Positions 46,629 through 58,142 of a stretch of DNA of 64,000 nt are shown one piece after another (the first letter of the stretch is position 1; the number at the start of each line of letters is the position of its first letter). This DNA comes from Scenedesmus sp. PABB004 (Eukaryota). A model generated the notes under the pieces. The model had not been told where the DNA came from. It did not search any database and saw only the letters and a program-made list of their open reading frames with translations. The stretch is from assembly GCA_014905635.1 (NCBI GenBank), contig JABVCE010000018.1, positions 248,001 to 312,000 on the forward strand, given 5' to 3'. The position numbers and the translations under genes are program-made.

Positions 46629-49360
46629 ATGTTGAGGATGCACGGGGGCTGGGTACCGCTCCTCGCCGCCGCGCTGCTGCTCGCCAGCGCCCGGCTCAGC
46701 AACGAGCGCGACTTGTTCAGCGGCGCCAGCAGCAACCCTAAGCTCGCTGCGTCGAACCGCAGCGTCACGGAAGATGGCGGAGCAGAGGCCGCCAGGGCGG
46801 CGGCGATGGAGGCGCTGTTCGCGTCCATACGCCGCGACGGTGCCGCGCTGACGGCCTTCTTCACGGCGTGAGCCTAGCGCTGGTGCAGCGCCTGCGACTC
46901 GCCGGAGCAGCTCCCGCTTCCGCCGCGCCGGGGCGCCGCGGCTGGCCGCACACCCGGCCGCCGCTGCCCTCGTCCGCCCGCAGGATGCCGGGCAAGAGCG
47001 AGCTCCACTACCACTACGAGTGAGCGCCGGGCTGGGCTGGGCAGTGGAGCTGGGGCGCGCGCGCTCCCCGGCGGCAGTCAAGCTCAGCGTGGCGGGCGCG
47101 TGGTCCGGCGGACCGCGCGCCCAGGCGCCTCCAACCCGCGCCGCGCCGCGCCGCCGCGCCTCGCCCCCCCCCCTCCCCGCAGCGGCGGCGTGCCGACCGA
47201 GGACCTCATCGACGCCGCGGTGCGCGCCGACCTCGCGCTCTGCCCGGCCACCGCGACGGTCGCGGCGCGCGCCAACGCCGACCCCGCGGCCTGCGCGGGC
47301 GGCGGCTGGACGCCGATCGGCCGCTTCGCCTCCGAGCACGGCGGCGCCGCGCTGAGCTCGCTGCTGCTCGAGGGGTGGAGCACCTACAACTACGAGGGTG
47401 GAGCTCGAGGGTGGAGCAACTACAACTACGTCCAGACGCCGCGCGAGGCGCCCGCCGCGCACTTCTTCAGCGCCTTTGCCCGCTTCGCCGCCGCCAAGGC
47501 GCGCCGCCCGCGCGCCGCCCCTCGCCCGCGCCCGCAACGCCGCACGCGCGACGCCGCACGCGCCGCCGCCGCACGCGCCGCCGCCGCCGCGCGCCCGCGG
47601 CGCGCGCAGGACGTGGACCCGCGCGCGATGCTGCGTGCGACCAGGGCGCGCGCCGTGGATGAGGGCACTGTCTATATGGAGGTCATACTGCTTATGCTCA
47701 GGTGAGCGAGGCAATACGAGTGAGGCCAGACGAGTAGATCCTCACCTGAGGCGGGCCGCCCGCGCCCGCCGCGCCCGCCGCGCCCGCCGCGCCCGCCGCG
47801 AGGCCACAGCACTGCGCGCGCGCGCGGCCAGCCCCTGCGCCTGGCGGCCGCGCGGCCACAGCAGAGCGAGCGCGCACCGCCGCCGCCGCCGCCGCCGCCG
47901 CCGGCGACGCCGCGCGCGCAGGGGCCCGGCGCTGAGCGCCGCGTTCGAGGCGCGCCTGCGCGGCGCCGCGCGCGCGCGCGACGCGGCCGCCGCGCTCGCG
48001 GCGCTCGACGAGGCCTTTGCCAGCGTGCCGCGCGCGGCCTGGGACGGCGCGGCCACGGCGTACGCTCGGTCGGTGGAGGCGCTGGGCGCCGGCCTGGACG
48101 GCCCCAACTTTGCGATGCGCTTCGTGGGCTGGGCGCTGCGGCTGCTGCCGCCGCTCGACGTGTTCTCGGCCGCCGCGGTCGGCTTCCTCGCTGCGGGCCG
48201 CAGCCCGCTGCTCGTCGGGGTCAACCTCGTCGGCCCCGAGGCCGACCCCGTCGCGCTGCGGGACTACTGGCTGCACATGGTCATGGTGCGCCGCCCGGCG
48301 AGCGGCCTGCGGATCGGGCCTGGCGTCGGCCCTCCGCCGCCGCGCGGGCGCGCGAGCCCTGCGCAGCGCCCTGCTGGCGCGCGCGCGCGGCCAGGCGCCT
48401 GAGCGTCGCGCCGCCGCCCCGTGTCGCTGCGCTGCGTGCCAACACAACAGTTCAAGTACCTGCGGTCCAAGTTCCCGGCCGTGCGCGTCGCGCTGCACGC
48501 GGGCGAGCTCGAGCTCGACCTCGTTGCGCTGCAGCACCTCACGTGCGCGCCGCGCTCGCGCCGCGCCGCGCCACGCCCGAGCCGCGCCCGCGCGCCGCGC
48601 TCAAGCGCGAGCCTGAGCCGCGCCCGCGCCCGCGCGCCGCGCGCAGCTCGCACGTGGCCGACGCGGTGCGCATCGGCGGCGCGCACCGCGTGGGGCACGG
48701 CGTGGCGCTGCCGTACGAGCCCGACCAGGCGGCCACACTGGAGTACATGCGGGACAATGGCATTGCGCTGGAGGTGCTGCTCACCTCGAACGAATTCGTC
48801 CTCCCCCAGACCGCCGGCAGGCACCCGTTTGTGTCCTACCTGCGCGCCGGCGTGCCGGTGCGCTGGCGCGGCGCGCGGCGCCCCTGCGCCGCGCGGCCCC
48901 GGGCGACTGGCAGGGCCCGCGCCCGCGCCCGCGGCGCAGCCGAGGGAGCCCGCGCGCCGCGCCCGCGCGCCGCGCCGCCGCAGCTGGTGATCTCCAGCGA
49001 CGACCCGGGCATCCTGCGCACCAGCCTGACCGAGCAGTACGTGACCATGGCCCTCCACTACCCTGCCGTCACGTGAGTGGCTGGCCATGGCCGACGCAGC
49101 CGGCGGCCGCCTGGCCCGCGGCACGCGCGGGGTCACCGGCCCCGCCCGCCGGCGCCCGTCCCTCCCAGCCTGACGCGCCGCCGCGTGCGTGCACACACGT
49201 GCGCAGGTACGCCGACCTTCGGCGCATGACGCTCAATGGGCTGCGCTTCTCTTTCCTGCGGGAGCCGCAGCTCAAGCGGCGCCTGCTGGGCCGCGCGGAG
49301 GCCGACCTCGCGCGCTTTGAGGCCGACGCACTCGCCGGCAAGGTGGTGGTGGGGGCCTGA
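46629..49360 (+). CDS. Secreted adenosine deaminase-family protein, bacterial-like
   Basis: Signal peptide; MPGKSELHYHY (HxH metal site); VGVNLVGPE...ALRDYWLHM; VALHAGEL; RVGHGV; EVLLTSN; HPF; VISSDDPGILRTSLTEQY; about 8 introns. Confidence 0.88.
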
Positions 49361-50094
49361 GCGGGGGAGCGAGCTGGGGGGCTGGCGAGAGGCGAGCTGC
49401 AGCCCTCTGAGCACTGAACCCGGCGCCTGAGGAGCGCGAGCACTGAACCCAATCGCCTTTCATCGCTGTTTCATTGCCGAGCGGCGCGCGCGGCGGGACT
49501 CAATCCATCCATCTAGCTTGACGAGCCTGGGCGACGGGGCGGTGCGGTGCTTGGAACACTGGGCGGACGCGCGTCGTCACGAGGGCCGGGCGGGCGGCGG
49601 TGCAGTGGCGGGGCGCAGCCAGCGGCGCGGCGGCCAGCTTCCATCCCTCCCCGCCCCTCAAGGCGGCCGATCACACCGCTTCCGCACGCGCCCCCGCTCG
49701 GACCGCGCGGAGCGAGCAGCAGCGCGAGCAGCAGCCCGCGCGCCGCCAGCGTGCACGATCTGCGCCGCGGCCGCTCTCCGCGGCCAGGCGCTGACTGAGA
49801 GGGCCTTACACAGGTGCGGGAACGCGCGCCGCGCGCCTGCGGGCGGTGCCGGGGTCGCGGCGGGGTCGCGCGAGCAGGCGGCGCCGCGAGCGCTCGCGGC
49901 GCGCACACGCGCGGCCGCCGGCCAGCGCCGTGGGCTCACGCTGCGCCGCGACGCGCCTCGCAGGCGGTGGCCAGCGAGCGAGGCGCCAAGCGCAGCCGCG
50001 GCGGCGGCGGCGCGGCCGAAGCAGCAGCGGCAGCCGCGGCTGCAGCAGCGGCAGCGAGCGCACAGCCCGCGAAAGGCGACCTCCGGCAGGGGGC

Positions 50095-52058
50095 ATGGCG
50101 GCGGCAGGGGCCGCACCGCCGGCCATGCAGGCGGGCCGCCGTGACGGTCGTGGCGAGGGCGAGGGCGGCGCGGCGCCAGCACAGGCGCCAGCGCCGGAGC
50201 TGGAGCAGCCGTGGCCGCTGTGCTGCAGCACGCCAGCATCGCCAGCCGGCCGCGGCTCGTGTGCCGCCTGCTGTGCGTGAGCCGCGGCCTTGCGGCGGGC
50301 GTGGCGCGCCACTGCGCCGGCCGCGTGCCGCTGGACGCCAGCACCTGGCGCAAGCGCTACGACGTCGACGGGCTCGACGTCAGCGCGTGGCTGGCCGAGC
50401 ACGGCCGGCTGCTGGAGACCCTGGACGTGCGTGCCCTGCCCACTGCCGAGATGCTGGACGAGTACGACGACGACGACGACCTGATGGCCTCCAGCCTGAT
50501 CAGCGCGGCGGAGGCGGCGCCGGCGCCGGCGGACGGCGCGCCGCCGGGCGTGCTGCTGCTGCGGTCGCTCGCCAGCCGATGGCTGATCAGCCACCCGCGC
50601 CAGTCACAGCTGGCGCTGCTGGGCCGGCTGGAGCCCAGCCGCCTCGCTGAGCTGACCCTGGACCTCTGCGGCACGGACGAAACGGCCCGCCGGCAAAAGG
50701 CAATCGCGCGCGCCGCGGCGGCGGCGCTGGCCAAGCTCACGGCGCTGGCGCGGCTGCAGCTGTTGGTTGGGGGCTGCCCCACGACCCCCGTGTTTGCGGC
50801 GCTGGCCGGCCTGACGCGGCTGCGCAGCCTGTTGGCGGTGTTTGAGCCGGCGGGCCTGCCGGGCCTGGCCAAGCTGCCGGCGCACCTGGAGGAGCTGACG
50901 CTGGGCGTGCCGCGGCGCGACGCGGTGCCCAAGCTGCAGCTGGGCCACCTCACGGCGCTCACGCGGTTGTGCGCGGCGGACGCGGACGCCGTGCGCTGGC
51001 TCCGCGACCTGTGCCCTGGTCTTGATGCGATGTTTCAGATGCCGCTTGAGAGCTTCATGATAAGTGAAGACCTGCCCGACCTCACCGCCGGCTCGCTGGA
51101 GGTCTTCCGCGGCGATGTGCTGCCGCCGCACCTCAAGGAGCTGCAGCTGGAGGGCTATGGCAGCTGCGTCGCGGTGGAGCCGCTGCTCGCGCTGCGCGGC
51201 GAGCTGGCCGCGGTCTCGCTGCGGCTGCTCAGCCCGGCGTCGCAGCAGCTGGCCGACCTGCGCCGCCTGAGCGAGCTGGCGCCGGCGGTGGTCGACATCG
51301 CGCTGGCGTGGGACGGTCGCTGCGATGAGAACGAGGATGGTGTGCCATACGAACGTGAATGCTATGACCGCTCTGGCGCGGCGGGCGACTTTGCGCCCAA
51401 GTGGAGCGCGCTGGCGGGCGTGCGCGAGCTGAGCTTTGTGGGGCAGGACCTCTTCGGCGAGCGCGGCGAGCACAACCCCCTGGACTTCCTGCCGCGCGTC
51501 GCCAGCAGCCTGACGCGCCTGTGCATCGACGACCAACGGGGCATGGAATTGTTTGCGACGGAGCTCGCCGCGCTCAGCGAGCTGCGGGAGCTTGAGCTCT
51601 CTGGCTGCTGGGACTACCTGGAGCTGGAAGGCGCGGCGGTCGTCGCGGCGCTGCCCCAGCTGCGCAAGCTGGCGGTGCGGTACGCACAGAAGATCCTTGA
51701 CCACCTGCCGCACGTGGTGCGCGACTTGAGCCGCCTGACCAGCCTTTCCCTCGACAGCATTGACGGCATGCACGACGCCCACGTCGAGCTGCTGGCCGGC
51801 GCGCTGCATGGCCTGCGCGAGCTGCGGCTGAGCGCGCGCTTTGGCGCCCGCGCGTCTGTGGACATCACCGACGCGTGCCTGCCGGCCGTCGTGGCGGGCT
51901 GCCCGCAGCTCACCAGCCTGGACCTCAGCAGAACCAAGGTCACCGACACGGGCGTGCGCCAGCTCACGGCGCTGACCGCGCTGCGCGTGCTGGACGTGGC
52001 TCACGCGGGCGTGTCGCAGGCCACCGTGCACGAGGTGCTGCAGGTCGCGTGCGAGTGA
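50095..52058 (+). CDS. Intronless F-box-like/LRR protein, copy 2; 1-nt frameshift at ~50220
   Basis: Same LRR units as copy 1; CCGCTG-TGCTGCAG versus CCGCTGCTGCTGCAG in copy 1. Confidence 0.85.
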
Positions 52059-52281
52059 GGGAGTGCATGCATGCTGCCATGGGGAGGGGTTTGACGGCGG
52101 GCAGGTAGGCGGGCGGGCGGGCGCGCGGTGCTTGCGCCTGGGGCGGGGAGACGCGCGGCAGCTGAGGCGCGGCCCGGGCCGAGCAGGAGCGCCCGCTGAC
52201 GCGCGAGCTGCTGCGGGCCCGGCGCCAGTTGACGAGTTGCATTGCAACCGAGTTGCCGACGCTGCTGCGACGCGCGCCTCC

Positions 52282-52388
52282 TCACGCGCAGCGCTGGTGC
52301 GGCGCCCGCCACGGCAGCCTCAGACGCTGCAGCAGGTCCTGCTGGTGCTCGACGCGCCGCGCGCTGCCCACGCCCTGCCCGGCCGCGC
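52282..52388 (-). pseudogene. Duplicated 3' remnant (~35 codons) of the Pol X gene
   Basis: GVGSARRVEHQQDLLQRLRLPWRAPHQRCA* versus GVGSARRIEREQDLLQLLGLPWRAPHQRCA* at 37535-37640. Confidence 0.85.
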
Positions 52389-52519
52389 CACGACCCCGTG
52401 CGCCGCCAGGGGCGGCGGTGCAGCGCGGCGGTGCAGCGGCGTGACGCACGCTCAGCCAACGTCTCCCACGGCCGCACTCACGCGACAGCTCCGCCCCTGG
52501 AGGCAGATCGCCCTGCAGG

Positions 52520-53463
52520 ATGGACGAGCCGACGGCAGCAGCAGCGGTGCGCGACAGCGGCGCCAGCGCGGCGCCGGCGGACGACGAGCCGATGCAAACG
52601 GACGACGTCGTGCCCACGGATGGTGTCGAGCGCAAGCAGGTGCGCGCCCCTGCCGGCGCTCGACCGACAGCAGCGGCACGCGCGCTGCGAGCGGGCTGGC
52701 AGCGGCGGCCTGCGGCTCCCGGGCCCGTGGCGCCGGGCGCGGTGCCTGGGCCGCTGGCGCGAGCGGCTGGCGCCGGGCGCGTCGGGCGCGCCGCCGGCTG
52801 CGCGCCGACCACGGCGCCGCGCAGGCGGGCGAGCAAGGCGAGGACGACGAAGAGGACGACGACGAAGACCTCTGCGCCGTGGGCGGCGACCCCCTGGGCG
52901 TGGGGCCGACCTGGGGCCTCGCCGACGACCCGACGTCGGGCCTCGGCGGCCTCGGCCGCGCGCTCGCCGCGCCGCTGGCGGGCGCGGGCGGCGGAGGGCC
53001 GGCGCTGGGCGGCGGGCAGGCGCCGGGCGGCGCCGGCGCGGCGGGCGGGGCGGGCGAGGCAGACGAGGAGGAGTACCCCGACGGTGACGTGCTGGACGCC
53101 GGCGCGATCGGGGAGGGCGAGTTTGTGGCGCAGCCGTTCACGCGCTCGTCGCGGCGAAGCGGCGCGGTCGGGCCCGCCGGCCCCGACCCGCGCGCGCGGC
53201 CCGACCCCGACCCCGGCGGCGCGCACGGCGGGAGCCGGCACGGCGTCGGCGCGGGCGACCTGGCGATGGGTGGAGTCGCCGTGCAGGACGCGGTCGCGCT
53301 GGTGGGCGCGGGCGCCCACGGCGGCGGCGCGCGGCCCGAGCTGCAGCCGCTCGGCGTCGGCGGCCTGCGGCCGTCGCGGGAGGTCGCCGCGGGCAGCGCG
53401 GCGCAGCCGGGCTCGGCCGCTGACGCGGCGCACCTCGCGGCGATGGGTTTTGGCGGGCGGTGA
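52520..53463 (+). CDS. Hypothetical acidic/Gly-rich protein
   Basis: MDEPTAA...GVERKQ|GT intron ~52640-52824 |AGEQGEDDEEDDDEDL...GFGGR*; strong GC3 codon usage; could be the 3' part of a gene cut by the duplication. Confidence 0.55.
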
Positions 53464-53731
53464 GCGTTCGGAGGGCGCGGCACCGGGTGAGCGGGCGTGT
53501 GGCGCGGCTGGCGCGGCAACTCGTCACACCTCGAGCCGTGGACCCGCCGCAGCCACACACCAGCGCACCCGGCGCTCCCTGCCGCGCCCGCCGCCGGCGC
53601 CAACGGTTGGCAGCCAACCCTGGTCGCTCACACATGATGAGAGCACCCGGCCGGCCGGCGGGCGCCGGAGCGCACGCAAAGTAATGTACACTCGGCGAGC
53701 GCGCGCGCGCACACACTCCGCGGCCGGCCCG

Positions 53732-56385
53732 TCACCAGCGGTCAAGGCGCTGCCAGTCCGCGTCGTCGCGCCTGCCGGTGCCGCCGCGGCCGCGCCCGCC
53801 GCCGCCGCCGCGGCCGCGCCCGCCGCCGCCGCCGCGCGCGCCCCAGTCGACCTCCACCTCCTGCGACTCGCGCTGCTGCTGCGCCCGCCGCGGCGGCGCC
53901 GCGCCGCCGCCGCGGCGGCCAAACACGTCGTCGATGCGGTTCTCCCGCCCCGGCGGCAGCCACGGCCGCTGCTCGCCGCGCCCGCGCGCGCCGAGGCGCG
54001 CGTCAAAGTCGTCCTCCTCGTCCGCGTTGGCCTGCGCGTCGGTTGGCGTCTCGGTAGTGTACACGATGTCGGCCCGCCCCAGCACGCGCGTCGTGCCGAG
54101 CTCGCGCGCCGCCGCCGACTTGGCCGCGAGCGCGGCGTCGCCGCTCTGCAGCAGCGACACCGCCTGCAGGCGCGCGTCGTTGCGCTCGTCGATCGCCGCG
54201 TTGCGCCGGCCGTCGACGGCGAGGCGCAGCAGCGGCATCGCGAAGAACGCGGCAGCGTAGGTCTGCAGGTAGGGCAGCAGGCCGAGCACAAAGCCCAGGC
54301 CCTGCCGGTACAGCGCGAGCTTGGCCAGCGGGTCGGCGAGCAGCGTGGAGAGCGTGATGACGCCCACGACGTTGACGACGCCCAGCAGCAGCGCGCCCGC
54401 CTGCTGCCCTGCGCGGCGCGGGGGTCCGCCGCGGCAGCGGGCGTCGGCGCGGCACGGCGCGGGCGCGGGGGCGCGGCGGGGACGGGGGCGGGCCGGCGCG
54501 GCCGCGCACCCGGGCTCGCGGCGCTGAACTCAAACTCGCGCTCCAGCGGCACCTTGGCCTCCGCCGCGGTGAGCCGCACCGACGGCGCCGCGGCGACGAC
54601 CTGGAGGCGGCCGCGCGCGGGCCGCGCGGCGCGTGAGCGCGCTGCGCGTGCGCCGCGCGCGCCGCGCGGCTGCAGCGGGCCCCGCGCGGCGCGGCGGCAG
54701 CAGCAGCCCCCGCGCGCGCCTGCAGGTCAGGGAAGCGGTAGAGCAGGCGGCCGGCGTCGTCCACAAAGGGCTCGCCGTTGAAGCGGATCAGCGCGGGCAG
54801 CACAAACGACTCGTCCTCGTACTTGGCGGGCCCCGGCGGCGCGGCACGCGGCAGCGGGGGCGGGTCGAGGAAGGGCGCCATCTCCTCCGCGCTCAGCACG
54901 CCGCCGAGGCGCTGGATGTGCGCGCCGAGCGCGCGCCAGCGCCGCTCCTGCGCGGCGCGGCGCGCGGCGCGCGGCGCGGCGCGGGCTCTCGGGGTCGGCG
55001 CGCCGGCGCGCACGCCCCGCTGCGCCCCGCTGCGCCCCGCTGCGCCCCGCTGCGCCCCGCTGCGCCCCGCTGCGCGTCGACGTGCCTCCCTCCATGGCGC
55101 GTGCGCGTGCCCGCCCGCCGCGCGCCGCGCCCGCCGCGCGCCGCGCGTGCCGCGCGCCTGGAAGTTTGCGTTGGGGTCGCCGTCGCCAAACACGACCGAG
55201 AAGACGGCCTCCACAAACGTGAGCCCGCGCCCCTCGTCGACGCGGCGCCGCGTGTGCGGGCCGTAGCGGGGGTCCAGAATGAGGAAGAGGTCGGTGGGGT
55301 CGATGAACACGTAGCCCCGCCCGCCGTAGCCGCCGTACCCGCTGTCGCGCCTGCGCGCGGCGGAGATGCGGCGCGAGTGTGGGTGGGCGCGTGCGGGTGG
55401 GTGGGTGTGGGTGGGTGCCCGGTGTGCGTGGGCGAGGGTGCGGGCGGGCGTGTGGGCGTGAGAGAGCGCGGGCGCGCGGCGGCGGCGGCAGCGGCGGCGC
55501 GCGCGGGGGCCGGAGCGCGGGCGCGCACCGGTCGCTGTCGCGGGAGCTCGTGAGCGCGAGCACCGCGAGCCACACGACGACGGCGCTGACGATGAGCGCC
55601 GTGCCAAACGCGGCGCGCGCGAGGTAGCTGCCGACCGCGGCGGCGCGCCGCGCGAGCGGGCGCAGGCGCTGGCTCCAGCTGCGCGCGCGAATGCGCGACA
55701 CAAAGTCGCGCTCAAACGCGTACACCACCTCACCCTCGCTCGACACCTGGCGCGGGCGCGGCCGCGGACGCGGATGCGGACGCGGCGGCGGTGTGTCGTG
55801 TCGGCGGCGGCCAGCTCTCACGCGCGCGCGACGCCGAGGAGGCCGGCCGGCCCGCCCGCCCGCCCGCGCGGGCACGTGCTTGCCGCCGCGCGCCGCGCGC
55901 CGCACCTCGAGGTGGGCGAGCGAGTCGTACGCGAGCGCCTTGAGCGCCCGGTCGGCGTCGCTGACCTTGACGCCCGCGCGCGCCGCGACCTGGCCGACCG
56001 TCACGCGGTACCCGAGGCCCGCGACCGCGCGCTCCACGCCCTCGCGCAGGTCGGCGTCGAGCTGGTTGCTCTGCATGCCCAGCTCCGCCTTGATCGCCGC
56101 GACGGGGTTGGGCGGCGGCGGCGGCGCCGGCGGCGGCGCGCCCCCGGCGTCGCGGGTCGCCGCGGCGGCGGCGCGCCAGCGCGGGAGGGCCGCCGCCGCC
56201 GCCGCCGGCGCGCCGCCGCTGCTGCTGCAGGCGCCACGGCCGCTGCTGCTGCTGCTGCTGTCACCGCCGCGCGGGCGCGGCGCCGCCGCCGGCCGCCGCG
56301 CCGCCAACAGCGCCAGGCGCGGCCGCGCGCAACCGACGCTGCCCGCCAGGCGCGCCGAGCCGCCCAGCTGCGCCCGCAGCTGCAT
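53732..56385 (-). CDS. At5g03900-like conserved chloroplast membrane protein
   Basis: LGYRVTVGQVAARAG...ALKALAYDSLAHLE|VSSEGEVVYAF, AFGTALIVS, FVEAVFSVVFGDGDPN, GGVLSAEEMAPFLD, ESFVLPALIRFNGEP...YRFPDLQ. Confidence 0.88.
55014..55075. repeat. Intronic 10-bp minisatellite (CCCCGCTGCG)x6
   Basis: Six perfect tandem copies. Confidence 0.95.
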
Positions 56386-57068
56386 GGCTGCCCGCCAGCA
56401 CCCGGGCGCCGGTCCGGGCGGGCTGCGGTGCCTCGCGGCCGCGCGCGAGTGGTCTCCGCTGCCGCGCGCGCCTGCGGCGGCGCGGCGGCGCGCGCGTGAG
56501 GCGGGGCTGTGCATGCGCCCGCCCGGGACCGCCATGGCAGCGGGGGAGAGCTGGATCTCTCGTCTGAGCGGCGGTTGCCTGGCGCTGGCGCGAACGGCAG
56601 CAGGAGGCCGCTGGCCTCGCGCCCGCAACCCGCCCCGCAGGCGCCCCAGCTCCCTGGCGCCCCGCGCACGCGACGCGCCCTGGCGCACTCCACGCACCTG
56701 ACAACGACGTGTGCACCTTCTCGCGCGGGATGCGCCGAGGGCCGGGCGTTCGGGCGCGAGCTGCCTGCTGGCGCGGCGTGGCGCGGTGGTGCGGTGCCGG
56801 GAACGGCTCGGGAGTGCTGCGGGACCACGCGGCGGTGCGGGCGACGAGCTTTGGGGTAGGTTCGCGTCCGCTCGTGTCCCAGGTCCGCGTGCGCTCCGTC
56901 GACCCCGCCCACACGTCGATCCGCTCACACGTCGATCCGCTCACACGTCCTCGCTGCGTCGCGCCGGCGCGCCAGGAAGCAGCAGCGGCGGCGGCGGCAG
57001 CGGCGGCAGCAGCGGCGGCAGCAGCGCGCTCGCTCCCCCCTCGTCCTCGCTGCCCGCGACCCGCCGCC

Positions 57069-58142
57069 ATGGCGGCCCCGGAGGACGAACAGGACGACAA
57101 GCCCTGGCGCCGCCTGTACCACGCCCAGGAGGTCGAGGTGCGCCGCCGCCGCCGCGCCGCGCGGCGCCGCCGCGGCTGCGCCGGCGCCGCTGAGAGCCGC
57201 CGCGCGTCGATGCAGGAGGAGGAGGCGGCCGCGCGGGCGGCGGCGCTGGCGGCGGCGCGGGCAGAGGCGGCGCGCGGCGGCGGCTGGGCGCCGGCGGGCG
57301 CGGCCGAGCAGCAGCAGCAGCCTGGCGGCGCCGCAGCGGAGGCCGCGGGGGCCGGTGGCGCGGAGGGCGAGCAGGAGGAGGAGCTGGGCGAGCTGCAGGC
57401 GCAGCTGCTGCTCTGGTACCGCAAGACGTGCCTCGCCGCGGGCGTGGGCATGGGCGGCGCGTGCTGGCACTGGTACGCGCGCGGCCGGCGCGCGGCGGCC
57501 GACGTGTTCCTGCCGCCGCGCGCGGCGGCGCTGCCGCCGGCGGTCATCGAGGCGTGGCGGCGCAAGGCGCAGATGCGGGAGGGCATGCGCACGGTCGGGC
57601 GGCACACGCTGTTTGTGACGGGCGTCGCCGCGCTCTACTTTGGCGTCGAGCTGGGCGCGGGCCTCGCGCGCGGCGCCGTCGGCGACTGGCCCAACACCGC
57701 GGCCGCGGGCGCGGTCGCGGGCGGCTTCCTCGGCGCGCGCGGTGCGACCGCGGCGCGCGGCCGCGCGCGCGCTGCGCTGCGCTGCGCGCCACGCGCGGGG
57801 CGCCGCGCGGCCGGCCGAGCGCCCGCCGCTGCCGCCGCGGCGCGCAGCACCGAGCTCGATGCGGGGACGGACGCTGGCGATGGGGACACTCGCGGGCGGC
57901 CTGGTGCGTGGCGGTGGCTCTGTTGTGTCACAACTGCGGCAGCAGGCCCGCGCACGCACTTGCGCGGCGCGGGGTAAACGGCGCCGCCGCGCTCACGCCG
58001 CCGCCGCGCGCCCGCCCCGCGCGCCGCGCAGCTGGGCGCGCTGTCGGGCTGGAGCCAGCAGCGGCTGGCGGAGCTGGCGGCGGAGAACGAGGCGGGCTAC
58101 GCGCAGCAGCAGCAGCAGCGGGACGGCAAGCCCGACAGCTGA
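57069..58142 (+). CDS. Tim17/Tim22/Tim23-family-like membrane protein
   Basis: GVAALYFGVELGAGLARGAVGDWPNTAAAGAVAGGFLG (R...D..N...AG...G family motif) with Gly-rich TM helices; 4 exons. Confidence 0.7.

Larger units (their letters stand above)
49440..52388 (+). repeat. Segmental duplication, copy 2 (~2.9 kb)
   Basis: Direct copy of 34726-37640; LRR stop codons are offset by 14753 bp. Confidence 0.95.
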
